DNA of 64,000 bases from Macrostomum lignano (lineage: Eukaryota). The stretch lies in the NCBI GenBank assembly GCA_002269645.1, contig NIVC01001000.1, positions 186,001 through 250,000 on the forward strand. The letters are read 5' to 3'. Position numbers and translations under genes: made by a program. Below the pieces are notes generated by a model. That model ran no database searches and was not told the origin of the DNA. It saw only the letters and a program-made list of their open reading frames with translations. This document shows, piece after piece, positions 40,910 to 63,560 of this stretch; position 1 is the stretch's first letter, and the number at the start of each line of letters is the position of its first letter.

Positions 40910-41740
40910 CAACTCACACAAGTGAAAATAATGCTGCTTTGCTACCGCCGAAATTCTCCGGCCAGTCAAACGTGCACAAATGGCTCAGTGTCTTCGAAGA
41001 CTTTGTAGAGGACAAAGGCTGGGACGACGCACAATCTGCTTCGAAGCTGAAGCTCCTGCTGCATGGTGAAGCCCAGATATGCGTTTTGGGATCTGCCGGA
41101 GGCTGATAGGAAAAGCTACAAAAAGATAAAAGAGGTGCTACAAAAGCAGTTCGGCGGAGCAGCCAGCCAGCATCGCGCCATGGAAGAGTTCCAAGATCGA
41201 CGGAGAAACAGCGCAGAGACTCTGCGAGAGCTTTCGTACTCCTTGAGGCTGCTGTACATGACAGCACGGCCTGATGACTCCTCGGCGCTGCGAGATCGTG
41301 AGGTGAAATTTCGAATAATTCAGCTGATGACTGCGGACATACGCGACACCCTGCTCAAGGACAGGGACCTGGACTCCTGCACGCTGGAGGAGCTGGTCGA
41401 GTGGGCCACGAGGCTGGAGCAAATCGCGAGCAAATGCAAACCAGGCAACTCGCCCGCAGTGGCGATGGTTGACGATCGACTGGCACGGCTGGAGCAGCAG
41501 CTGGAGACCCTGACGGCTGCGGTGACGAGGGGCGGCAGCGCGAGAGGACGCGGTGGCGGCAGGCCGAGAGATCAGCAGCAGCGGTCATCAGGCTGCTTTC
41601 GGTGCGGTAAGGAAGGCCACATCGCCCGCCGGTGCCCTGCTGGCGGATCTCAGGGCCAAGGTCGCTGCTTCAACTGCTCCGGCTGGGGCCACGGCGCGGC
41701 TGTCTGTCCGTCAAAGGCTCGGCCGTCGGGAAACTTCTGA
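40903..41740 (+). pseudogene. gag: gag with two CCHC zinc knuckles, 1-nt frameshift
   Basis: PPKFSG..W..FE N-terminus. An extra C at 41072-41074 breaks LHGEA/RYAFWDL. Knuckles CFRCGKEGHIARRC and CFNCSGWGHGAAVC. Confidence 0.88.
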
Positions 41741-44700
41741 GGGTCGGCAGCGAAGGGCCAGCTCCAACCCGTCAATCAAGTGCCCAATCTGCACTCTCAA
41801 TCTTCGTGCGTGCGCTTCTGCAAGGCAAGGAGGTCAGTTTCCTGCTCGACACTGGCGCACAGACATCCTTGATCAGCCGCAGCCTCGCGCAAGTCTGCGG
41901 CCTTCAGATCGAGCCCGGTGGAAGCTGCTGCCCGACTTCGGTCGATGGTGGCCGCCTGAGTTGCATCGGGATTGCCCGAGCCACAATTCAAGTCGGCCAG
42001 TCAGTCAATGTTGTCCATGAGCTCAACGTGGTGGAGAAAATCAGTCTGGATCTCATCCTCGGCATGGACTTCATCACCCGAACCACCCGAGAGCTTCAGA
42101 TCGACATCGTTGGTAGGACCGTATGCCTCAACGGAGAGAAAGCCCCGTTCTTCAACAGCAGCTCAAGCGTCCGAATTGTGACCGGCACCCTCGTTGCTCG
42201 AGTGGAAAGCAAAACAAGTGTTCCAGCACGAAGCGAAAAGCTGGTGTGGCTCCGCGTCAAGTCGGAAGACGAGCAAGGCATCTTCGAGCCCAACGCCAAC
42301 TTTACCCAAGCGACTGGTTTGCTTGTCTCAAGAGTTTTGACCGTTTCAGCTGATCAGAAGATTCCAGTCCGGGTGTGCAATTTAGGCTCCGAGGAGGTGC
42401 TACTCTACGCCAACAAGGTCGTCGGCTCTTTTGAAGCTGCCGACCTGATCAACAACAGCGCTGGCACAGTCAAGCAGTCGGACTGCTGGGATGTCAACCC
42501 TGACTTGGATGCGGCTGACAGGCAGAGACTACTGGCACTACTCAAGGCGAACGGTGACCTGTTCAGCACTCACGAGTACGACCTCGGCTCCACCGCGCTG
42601 CTGAAACATCGTATCGAGCTGCAGCCCGGCACGCAGCCCTATAAGCAGCGCCAGCGACCGATTCCGCTGCCGGTTCGTGACCAGGTCGACCAGAAAATTG
42701 GCCAGATGCTGGAGCACGACATCATTGAGCCGTCCAACTCGCCCTGGGCCAGCAATCTTATCGTCGTCCGGAAAAAGAGCGGCGACATCCGCCTATGCAC
42801 CGACTGGCGTCAGTTGAACGCTGTGACCATCAAGGACGCCTACCCCCTGCCGCACCTGCAACAATCGATGGATACTCTGGCGGGCTGCTCTTGGTTTACC
42901 ACTATCGACTGCAAGCAGGGGTTCAACCAGGTCGTGGTCGACGAGGCAGACCGCTACAAGACTGCTTTCTATTTCACACGAGGCCTTATGCAGTTCAAGA
43001 AGATGGGCTTCGGTATGTGCAACTCTCCTGCGACCTTCCAGAGGCTAATGGAGCTCGTTATGTCCGGCCTGACCTGGGAAGAGGTGCTAGTCTACGTGGA
43101 CGACTTGATCGTGTTCAGTCGGAGCTTCGAAGAGCATCTGGCCAGCCTGCGCAAAGTTTTCGACCGGCTGCGAGCTGCGGGACTGAAGCTCAACAAGGAC
43201 AAGTCGGTGTTCGCTCACAGGAGCATGAAGTACCTGGGCCACATCGTCAGCCGGGAAGGAATTCGGCCGGATCCGGACAAAGTGGAGGCCCTGGCCAAGA
43301 TTCAGTCACCAAGTTCTGCCGAGGAGGTGCGACGATTCATCGGCATGTTGTGCTTCTATCGCAGATTCATCAGGGACTTCAGCAAGACAGCGGCACCACT
43401 GCATGCCGCAACACAGAAGACGGGCTTCACCTGGACAGACGAGTGCAAGACGGCCTTCCAGACGCTCAAGGAGCAACTTGGGCGAGCACCTGTGCTTCGC
43501 CTGCCGGACTTCCGCCGACCATTTATCATGAGCTGCGACGCCAGCGCCTTCGCAGTGGGCGCGGTTCTCTGCCAGCGTTACGGAGACGCGGAGCTTCCAG
43601 TGGCATTTGCCTCCAGGACCCTCAACAAGGCGGAACGAAATTACTCGGCCACTGACAGGGAACTGCTGGCCTTGGTTTGGAGTCTCAAGCACTTCAGAGC
43701 CTACCTGTGCAGCGTGAAAGACTTCACTGTGTTTACCGATCACCAGCCGCTCAAGGGCCTGCTGCAGACCAAGGAGCCAGAGGGTCGGCTGGCACGTTGG
43801 CTCGACACCATCTAGCAGTTCAATTTCGCGCTCTGCTATCGGCCAGGGCGGGAGAACGTGGTGCCAGACGTGCTCAGTCGGACGGCTGTTACTCAACTGG
43901 CAAATCGCGATGACTTGCTGGCAGAGCAGCTCCGAGACAGCCTTCTGCAGAATGTCTTCAAGGCGATCAGTGACGGCTTCGTCCACCTGTCCAAAGGCTG
44001 TCGGCAGCGAGTCGAAGAATTCCTAGCAAATGGCGACATCCAGATCGGGCAACACGGTGAGCTGGTCCGGCAGGGCAAACCGGTGGTGCCCAGTCACCTG
44101 CGTGCGCAGTTCCTGGCTGACGCGCACGACGCCGCCTGCAGCGGTCACCTCGGCACAGACCGAACGCTGGACAAGCTCGCCGACCGCTGCTGGTGGCCGG
44201 GCATGCACAACGACGTCAAGAACTGGGTCGCCAGCTGCGCCGCTTGTCTTCGGCGGAAGAACAGCAGTCGGCCGCAGCGAGCACCACTGCAAGCGACTCC
44301 ACTGCCGTCGAGGCCATGGGAGATGGTCCAGATCGATATCAAGGGTCCGCTGCTAAGGACACCACGAGGCAACAGTTACGTGCTGAGCATCTGTGACTGC
44401 TTCTCAAAGTGGATGGAGACCTGCGCTCTACCAAGCATCGAGGCTGAGCGGGTGGCCGACGCTCTGGTCAGGCAGGTAGCGCTTCGGCACGGCGTCCCAG
44501 ACGCTATCCACAGCGACCAAGGGCGTCAATTCGAAAGCCATCTGTTCCAGTCCCTGTGCCAGCGGCTCGGCATGCAGAAAAGCCGCACTTCGCCTTTCCA
44601 TCCCAGCGGCAACGGCCTGGTTGAGCGCGGAAACCGAACCCTTGGTGACATGCTAGCGACGGTTGTGGCAGAGGATCAGGACGACTGGGACCTCCAACTT

Positions 44701-45386
44701 GCCTTCGTCACGTGGGCCTTCAACAGCTCGGTGCACTCGACCACGGGCCTGTCGCCGTACCAGACGCTGCACGGATGGCCACCAAGGCTGCCAATCGACT
44801 CCAAGCTGCCCAAAGCATCGGATGGCTTCACTGATGCGCTGGACTTTGCAGAGGCAACTCAGAGGCGCCTGCTGGACAACCGGGCGCGTTTCCATCAGCA
44901 GCTGCAGGCGTCGCAGACCGAGCGCAACGAGCGGTACAACATGGAGACTCGGTTCCGGCCGTACAAAGAGGGCGACTTGGTGATGCTGAGCTGCAAGGTG
45001 GTGAAACCTGGCAGATCAAAAAGCCTCAGTAACATCATCCGTACATCATCCTGAAGAGGATCGGCGAGGTCAACTACCGAGTGCGGCCGGCCTCGGGTCC
45101 CGGCGTGCGGATGCGACGCAGGCAGGTGGTGCACCACGACCGGCTCAAACCATTTGTGGAACGGCGCAACTCCTTACGGCCCGGCGACGACCTGCAGGCT
45201 ACCGCAAACGAGGCTGCTGACGGACTGGTGGACCCTCAGCTCCAGGCGCCTGATGCCTGGGTGCAGCTGTTCGACGGTAACGGCGGACCGGATGAGACAG
45301 CGACTGAGACCAATCAGCAAGAGGCTCAGCTGCCGAGACGGTCGGCCAGAGAGCGAAGACGTCCTGATTTTTATCGCCCAATGTGA
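41728..45386 (+). pseudogene. pol: pol (protease, RT, RNase H, integrase) in -1 frame to gag; premature TAG and late frameshift
   Basis: LLDTGA, YVDD, CDAS..DHQPL, H-H-C-C, QID/HSDQG/GLVER. TAG at 43813-43815. Frame break near 45030 before PYIIL..NYRV..VVHHDRLKPF. Confidence 0.93.
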
Positions 45387-45454
45387 ATGCTTGATTTTCT
45401 GTGAACTTTTGCCATAGACATTGTGTTGCGTCTTTTAAACCCGGGGGGAAGTGG

Positions 45455-45669
45455 TGTGAGCATTCTATGCACCTAAATATTCTAATGTTGTTCGTAGTCC
45501 TATTTGTACGTGCTTGCGTATGGGGGGTGGTTGTTTGCAACGTGCGGCTGCGCCCGTGTGTGTGCAACACCCAAACCCCACCTCAATCTTCGGCTTATAA
45601 AATATATCGATTGTCAGGCCTGAGCGCCAAGTCGGTTTTCTCGCAATCTCAAACCTCGCTCGTTTTACA
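45455..45669 (+). repeat. 3' LTR (215 bp)
   Basis: Matches 40678-40890. Confidence 0.95.
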
Positions 45670-46128
45670 ATAAGAAGTCTAACTCACCATGCACCGTAAA
45701 CTAGAATTTCAACTAGCTAATGCAATTTTTGTGGTGCATTAGATACCAGCTAATATATATTTTAATTAAATATCTGGTTGGAGCATCGCTAACTAAACAA
45801 CCACGGTCAATTTTAAGCTCTAATTTTAAAATGTACATGCATGTAATACCTTTTCCGTAAATTCGATCTTATCCTATAATTTTATAATCTCCAACGAGCG
45901 CTCTTTTATGTCCCTCAAATGTACTGTATTCCATACATGAATCGAGCAGCTTACCACGCTTTCTAAAAATTTATGTCGACATTGTAGAGGGCCATCATAC
46001 ATAAATTGGGGTCTTAAAAAGTGGCAAGCTATGAAAAGTTAAGTATTCAAAAATTTTGGAATTCTATCATGTAATTATATTAGATACCTGCAAACAACTC
46101 ATTGGATTACAGTACATTGGATTAAAGG

Positions 46129-48044
46129 CAGGCGCGCGTCCCACCGGGGGGGGGACAGGGGGGACATGTCCCCCCATGCAGTAAAAGCTATGGGGGGACA
46201 AGCCAATGCTTGTCCCCCCACCCTACCTTGTGACTCATTGTGTTAATCAATAACTTTTCTTGAGGACGCCAAAATAAAACACCTCCGGCGCTAAAATAAA
46301 TGCCTGCGGCGCCAAAATGAGTTCCTGCGGCGCTAAAATATAAATGCCTGCGGCGCCAAAATGAGTGCATGTGGCGCTAAAATGAATGCCTGCGGCGCCA
46401 AAATGAGTTCCTGTGGCGCTAAAATAAGTGCCTGCAGAGCTAAAATGTATGCCTGCGGCGCCAAAATGAGCGCTGACAACACGATTCTGAAGATAATGGA
46501 ATTTTACAAATTTAGTCATGTACATGTTGAATTCTTGGCTTTGCCCCCTGTTAGAGTTTAGGATCTCCGCGTTTTAGGGTCTCCGGCCCGGAGATCACAA
46601 ACTGAAAATTGTGTCATTTTAAGATCGCCCACACGGAGATCGGAAACCATAACATAAGATAGAGTTACAGTTCTCCGCCGTGTTAGGATCTCCGCGGTTC
46701 TTTTCTATATGAAAATTATCGCTACTTCTATGTACATCGAGATTGGCACCTCAAAGTGTGAGCAGTCTTGCGTAACTTTCAATAGGCTTTGCACATTTTG
46801 GAGATCAGCTTTGTACTCATATTTTATGGGTGGCGGGAAGCGCTGTAAACATTTATATTGGGCAGATGATAAGAAAGGTTTGTGCTGCCATGTGATTTTC
46901 GTCGATTTCTGCATTTCAAAGCTTGATGGCTTCGCTCAATCAAATATTTTTCTACGTCCTAAACAATGAATACACGCAGGTACCAGCCAGATTGGACGCC
47001 AAAGATAAGGCCAACTTAAAAAGACGTATTAGCGAAAAGAGCAAGCGTTTCTCCATCCATGACGGAGCGCTTTACTACAGGGTGACTAATAAGGACGACA
47101 GTCAGCGAATTCGGCCTGAAGACCATCGCAGAGTACTTTTCACAGAGGAAGAGGTACGGGATAAGATCCGCAGCCTTCACTCGCAAGGAAGTCACGTGGG
47201 TGTCAACAGCACAGTGAGCCTTTTTACTGCATGATACTATGCTGACATCCCCGTCACACTGATTGCCAAGGCAGTGGTCGAGTCTTGTGACAGGTGCGAG
47301 CTGGTCACACCGTGGGAGCAGCTGGGGTTCAGGATCTGAAGCGAGGGAACAGAGTTAGGCTTCGCAATCTTCGCAGGGACGATCGGAAGGGTGGTAAGAT
47401 GCGATACACTTGGAGTCAGCAAGTCTACATCGTGACCAGGTGTCTTGGTCAAAACGTGTACAGGCTAGGAGGACTAACCAGGTGTGTCAATGGAAAACAC
47501 CTCAAGAGATGCTTCCTCCAAGCACCGGGCTGAAAGTGCATCACCGGTTTTTCACTAAGCGGACATTTACTTCATTTCTTTAACAGTAAACAGTTTTCCA
47601 TTTAAATACACAGTTGTGCGAGCATATACATATAAAACTAGTGCTACGTTGATGATAAAAATGCCTTTCCACTTCTTATACATGTACGCGTTCAATACCA
47701 TGACCATTGGTTTTACACAAATGGGGGGGGAGATCGGAAACCGGAGATCCTAAACCAGGACTTTGTTTTTGCGGCCCTGACGGAGATCAGAAACTGGTTT
47801 AAGATCTCCGGGTGCGGAGACCTGAAAATGCCCCGGAGACCCTTAAACGGTTTCAGATCTCCTACCCCGGAGACCCATAACCGTTAGAAGTCTCCAGGGG
47901 AGATCCTAAACGGTTTAGGGTCTCCGGGCGGAGATCCTAAACCGTTTAGGGTCTCCGCCCCGGACACCCTAAACTGACCGGACCCCCGGAGATCCTAAAC
48001 CATAACACCCCCCCCCACACCATAAAATCCATGGCGACGCCCTG
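46129..48044. mobile_element. Non-autonomous hAT-type element (about 0.45 kb without its nested insertion)
   Basis: CAGG..CCTG termini and exact 8-bp TSD ATTAAAGG (46121-46128 and 48045-48052). Subterminal GGGGGACATGTCCCCCC and repeated GCCTGCGGCGCCAAAATG. Confidence 0.8.
46549..48007 (+). mobile_element. Internally deleted Ginger-type (Gypsy-integrase-related) DNA transposon nested in the hAT MITE
   Basis: TGT..ACA termini, TIR TGTTA(GA/TG)GTTTAGGATCTCCG, CCCC on both flanks. ORF remnants 46926-47533: KRF..DGALYY, LHSQGSHVG..CDRC (integrase H2C2), RKGGK..W..VY..Y.L..VNGKHLK. No DDE core. Confidence 0.75.
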
Positions 48045-48722
48045 ATTAAAGGAATGGTTATCATGTACGACTAAAATCATCAAGTACTAGATAACTAAAG
48101 TACTAGTGTAGGGAACTGGTATTAATAGTATAATTTGTAACTATCAGTTATTGTGGACTTTTTCGACTAAATTTACCTTTGTATCTTCTACGTTGTTGTA
48201 CGACTGTAACTTCTAGTGTCCCTTGTTTTAAGAGCGTATAACTTAGTCATGTAGAAGTTTTTCCAAAATTTACAATCACAAATGTAATTGCAGCAACAAT
48301 TGTCCTAGCTAACGCTAGTTTCAAGACTGTTCTGAACGGTTTCACGAAATAAAACTTAACAAATATTTCAAATGAACTTCTGCCAAAGCATTAAATTGCA
48401 TTTGAATTATATTGCCGCGTGACAAAATTACTGAATAAATGTCGAATTTCAGTCCTTTTTCATCCAGTTTCGTGCTGTTAAAGACTCCTGACACGCTAAA
48501 GATTCGATTCGATTTTAACTTCCATATCGAGCACGCTATTTTATCGTCAAGATAATCAGCTCACTCGAGGCATAGCTTTAAGTTTGACTTTACAAAAATC
48601 CAGTGTATTTACGCATATTTTGGTGTTTTCTAATTCACAAGTGTATTTTGAGCCTTTATTGTTCAAGACTATAGCCAAGGGTATCGATAAAAGTAATCTA
48701 AACTTTAATTGTTAATTTAATC

Positions 48723-59161
<10,439 letters not shown>

Positions 59162-59199
59162 GCTGACAGTTGGAACTTGTGAGCTCTGGGGCTTGCCTA

Positions 59200-59950
59200 T
59201 TGACTCATGTTCTTGTTGAAATTTCCTTTGGGATTCCCTTTGTAATTCCAATTTGTGTTTCTTGGGATTTCCCTTGGGATTCCTATTGGGATTCCCTTGG
59301 GATTCCCCTTGGGATTCCCCTTGGGATTCCCTTGGGATTCCCTTGGGATTCCCCTGGGATTCCCTTGGGATTCACCTTGGGATTCACCTTGGGATTCCCC
59401 CTGGAATTCACCTTAGGATTAGATTCCCCTAGCAATTTCCCTTGGGATTAATTACCTTTAGGATTCTCTTTGGAATACCCATCGGGACCCCCCCCTCCTT
59501 AGAAGTTTCCTCGGAATTCCGCTTGGGATTCCCTTTGGGAGCCCTTGGGATTCCTTTTTGAATTTCCCTTGGGACTTCCCTTTGGATTCATTCCCCTTGG
59601 AATTCCCCCTGGGATTCATTCTAGGGATTCTCTTTGAAATTCCCATGGGAATTCCTTGAATTTCCCTTAGGATTCTCCTTGGAATTTGCCTTGGAATTTC
59701 TCTTGGAATTTCCATGAGGATTCCCCTAGGAATTCACCTTGGGATTTCCTTTAGGATTCTCTTTGGAATTCCCATTAAGATTCCCCTTGGAATTTCCCTC
59801 GAATTACTTTGAGATTTCCCCTTGGATTCTCCCTACAATGTCTTGGAATTCTTCTAATTGTTCTTAAGATTCTCATTAGCATCCCCGTGATATTCCTCTG
59901 TGTTTCTATTCTTATTCCCCTTTTCATTCCCCTTTAAATTCCCCTTAGAA
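59200..59950. repeat. Degenerate GGGATTCCC(C)TT-type repeat
   Basis: Many GGGATTCCC / GGAATTCCC / GGAATTTCC units. Confidence 0.8.
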
Positions 59951-60264
59951 ACCCTCGGAGTTTTGCTCTGTATTTCTTTTGCTATTCACGCTCCTAAATA
60001 TATGGATCGTATTGTTGTTCCCAATAGACTGGTCGGCCGGCAGTTTTATTAATCGTGTTTAGTCATGTGTATGTATTAATTGGTATTAGTATTTTATATT
60101 ACAATATTATCATATATAATCATTGGTGACACAAGTCTAAATATTGTGATCTGTGGTCTTTTATTAACGTTGATAGTTATGCTGGTTATTTTACTTTAAG
60201 CTGCTTTAGCATAAAAATTTGTCTTACGAGTATTTGTCTGTCAGCATGGATTTATTTATAACGC

Positions 60265-61850
60265 CATTGTCTATCTACTTCTCTGTCACTGTCTATCTAC
60301 TTCTCTGTCACTGTCTATCTGCTTCTCTGTCACTGTCTATCTACTTCTCTATCACTGTCTATCTACTTCTCTGTCACTGTCTATCTACTTCTCTGTCACT
60401 GTCTATCTGCTTCTCTGTCACTGTCTATCTACTTCTCTGTCACTGTTTATCTATTTATCTATCACTGTCTATCTGCTTCTCTGTCACTGTCTATCTACTT
60501 CTCTGTCACTGTCTATCTACTTCTCTATCACTGTCTATCTACTTCTCTGTCACTGTCTATCTACTTCTCTGTCACTGTCTATCTACTTCTCTGTCACTTT
60601 CTATCTACTTCTCTGTCACTGTCTATCTACTTCTATATCACTGTCTATCTACTTCTCTATCACTGTCTATCTACTTCTCTGTCACTGTCTATCTACTTCT
60701 CTGTCACTGTCTGTATATTTCTCTCTTACTGTTTATCTACTTCTCTGTCACTGTCTATCTACTTCTCTGTCACTGTCTATCTACTTCTCTGTCACTGTCT
60801 GTATATTTCTCTCTTAATGTCTATCTACTCTCAATGTCTATCTACTTCTCACTTATTGTCTATCTAGTCTCACTGTCTCTCTAATTCGCTCATGTCTACT
60901 TCTTTCTCACTGTCTATCTACTTCTCTATTTGTCCATCTACTCCTCTATTTGTCCATCTACTTCTCTCTAGCTGTCTATCTACTTCTCTGTCACTGTCTA
61001 TCTACTTCTCTGTCACTGTCTATCTACTTCTCTATCACTGTCTATCTACTTCTCTGTCACTGTCTATCTACTTCTCTGTCACTGTCTATCTACTTCTCTA
61101 TCACTGTCTATCTGCTTCTCTGTCACTGTCTATCTACTTCTCTGTCACTGTCTATCTACTTCTCTGTCACTGTCTATCTACTTCTGTCACTGTCTATCTA
61201 CTTCTCTGTCACTGTCTGTATATTTCTCTCTTACTGTTTATATACTTCTCTGTCACTGTCTATCTACTTCTCTGTCACTGTCTGTATATTTCTCTCTTAC
61301 TGTTTATCTACTTCTCTGTCACTGTCTATCTACTTCTCTGTCACTGTCTATCTACTTCTCTGTCACTGTCTGTATATTTCTCTCTTAATGTCTATCTACT
61401 CTCAATGTCTATCTACTTCTCACTTATTGTCTATCTAGTCTCACTGTCTCTCTAATTCGCTCATGTCTACTTCTTTCTCACTGTCTATCTACTTCTCTAT
61501 TTGTCCATCTACTCCTCTATTTGTCCATCTACTTCTCTCTAGCTGTCTATCTACTTCTCTCATTGTCCATCTACTTCTCTCTAATTTTCTATCTACTTCT
61601 CTATGTATTTCTACTATCATTGTCTACTTCTCTCTAATTGTATATCTACTCTCACTGTCTCTCTAATTCCCTCACCGTCTACTTCTCTCACGGTCTATCT
61701 ACTTCCCTCTTTCTATCTATCTACTCTCACTGTTCATCTACTTCTTTCACCGTCTCTCTAATTCCCTCACTGTCTATCTTCTCTCACTGTCTATCTACTT
61801 CTCTCACTGTATATCTACTTCTCTCACTGTATATCTACTTCTTTTACACT
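60265..61850. repeat. 22-bp CT-rich minisatellite (ACTGTCTATCTACTTCTCTGTC) with 571-bp higher-order duplication
   Basis: Directly visible. The variant block at ~60800-60980 recurs at ~61375-61550. Confidence 0.92.
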
Positions 61851-61939
61851 GTCCAATCAACTTATGCTCTGTTAAAATTCTCACTTGCTTACGTACTCAT
61901 CTGTTAGCATTGACGTTGTAAATCCCCCGAGCTATTATG

Positions 61940-62214
61940 TTCTGAGAAATTCCCACATGAGCCTATAGCATCTGAGAAATTCCCCCATGAGCCTATAGCA
62001 TCTGAGAAATTCCCCCATGAGCCTATAGCATCTGAGAAATTCCCCCATGAGCCTATAGCATCTGAGAAATTCCCCCATGAGCCTATAGCATCTGAGAAAT
62101 TCCCCCATGAGCCTATAGCATCTGAGAAATTCCCCCATGAGCCTATAGCATCTGAGAAATTCCCACATGAGCCTATAGCATCTGAGAAATTCCCCTATGA
62201 GCCAATGGCATCTG
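61940..62214. repeat. 30-bp minisatellite, 8 full copies
   Basis: ATGAGCCTATAGCATCTGAGAAATTCCCCC, period 30. Confidence 0.95.
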
Positions 62215-62599
62215 CGCAAGTGCGGAGTTTGCATATTACGTCAAAATCGCAGACAATATGACATTGTAGATTAAAATCATATGAAAATTACAATCATGCT
62301 ACATATTGCACTGTTAAATTAATGTACTTCATAATAGTTTTGTTCACTGCTGAATCAATATTATTTGGTTAACAATTGTATTTCGATGATTTTCCAGCTA
62401 AAACAGCTTTACTACTCGTAACAGTCTCTAATCGATTGTCCATTTGTGTTGTTTCTAAGAAAATATAAACAAATTTTGTCAATGGTGTGTTGGACTCTGC
62501 AACACTCGTGGCTTATTGAATTGTTAACTAAAATAGCCCTTTGTTATGTAATAAGCTGAGTCACTTTTCATTTCTGTGCTTTTCTGACTCACAGCTCTT

Positions 62600-63560
62600 T
62601 GTGCCATGTCTCACAGGGAGATTATGTGTTTGTGCCATGTCTCACAGGGAGATTATGTGTTTATGCCATGTCTCACAGGGAGATTATGTGTTTGTGCCAT
62701 GTCTCACAGGGAGATTATGTGTTTGTGCCATGTCTCACAGGGAGATTATGTGTTTATGCCATGTCTCACAGGGAGATTATGTGTTTGTGCCATGTCTCAC
62801 AGGGAGATTAATATGTGTTTGTGCCATGTCTCACAGGGAGATTATGTGTTTATGCCATGTCTCACAGGGAGATTATGTGTTTGTGCCATGTCTCACAGGG
62901 AGATTATGTGTTTTTGTGCCATGTCTCACAGGGAGATTATGTGTTTGTGCCATGTCTGATGTCTCACACGGAGATTGTGTTTGTGCCATGTCTGATGTCT
63001 CACATGGAGATTTTGTGTTTGTGCAATGTCTTATCGAGAGAGTGTGTTTGCCTGTTTTATGTCTCATTGAGATTACATGTATGTGTCTATCTGTGCCATG
63101 TCCCACAGAGAGTTTGTGTCTTTCTGTACCATGTCTCATAGAGAGAGTTTGTGTCTATCTGTGCCATGTCCCACAGAGAGTTTGTGTCTTTCTGTACCAT
63201 GTCCCATAGAGAGAGTTTGTGTCTTTCTGTACCATGTCCCATAGAGAGAGTTTGTGTCTTTCTGTACCATGTCCCATAGAGAGAGTTTGTGTCTTTCTGT
63301 ACCATGTCCCATAGAGAGAGTTTGTGTCTTTCTGTACCATGTCCCATAGAGAGAGTTTGTGTCTTTCTGTACCATGTCCCATAGAGAGAGTTTGTGTCTT
63401 TCTGTACCATGTCCCATAGAGAGAGTTTGTGTCTTTCTGTACCATGTCCCATAGAGAGAGTTTGTGTCTTTCTGTACCATGTCCCATAGAGAGAGTTTGT
63501 GTCTTTCTGTACCATGTCTCACAGAGAGAGAGTTTGTGTCATGTCTCATTGAGATTGCAT
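62600..63560. repeat. Adjacent related minisatellites: 31-bp (62600-62960) and 35-bp (63085-63530)
   Basis: GTGCCATGTCTCACAGGGAGATTATGTGTTT and CTGTACCATGTCCCATAGAGAGAGTTTGTGTCTTT. Confidence 0.92.

Larger units (their letters stand above)
40678..45669 (+). mobile_element. Full-length Ty3/Gypsy LTR retrotransposon (inactivated)
   Basis: TG..CA LTRs 40678-40890 and 45455-45669 (3 differences). 4-bp TSD ATAA. PBS 40892-40909. PPT GGGGGGAAGTGG 45443-45454. Order gag-PR-RT-RH-IN. Confidence 0.97.
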
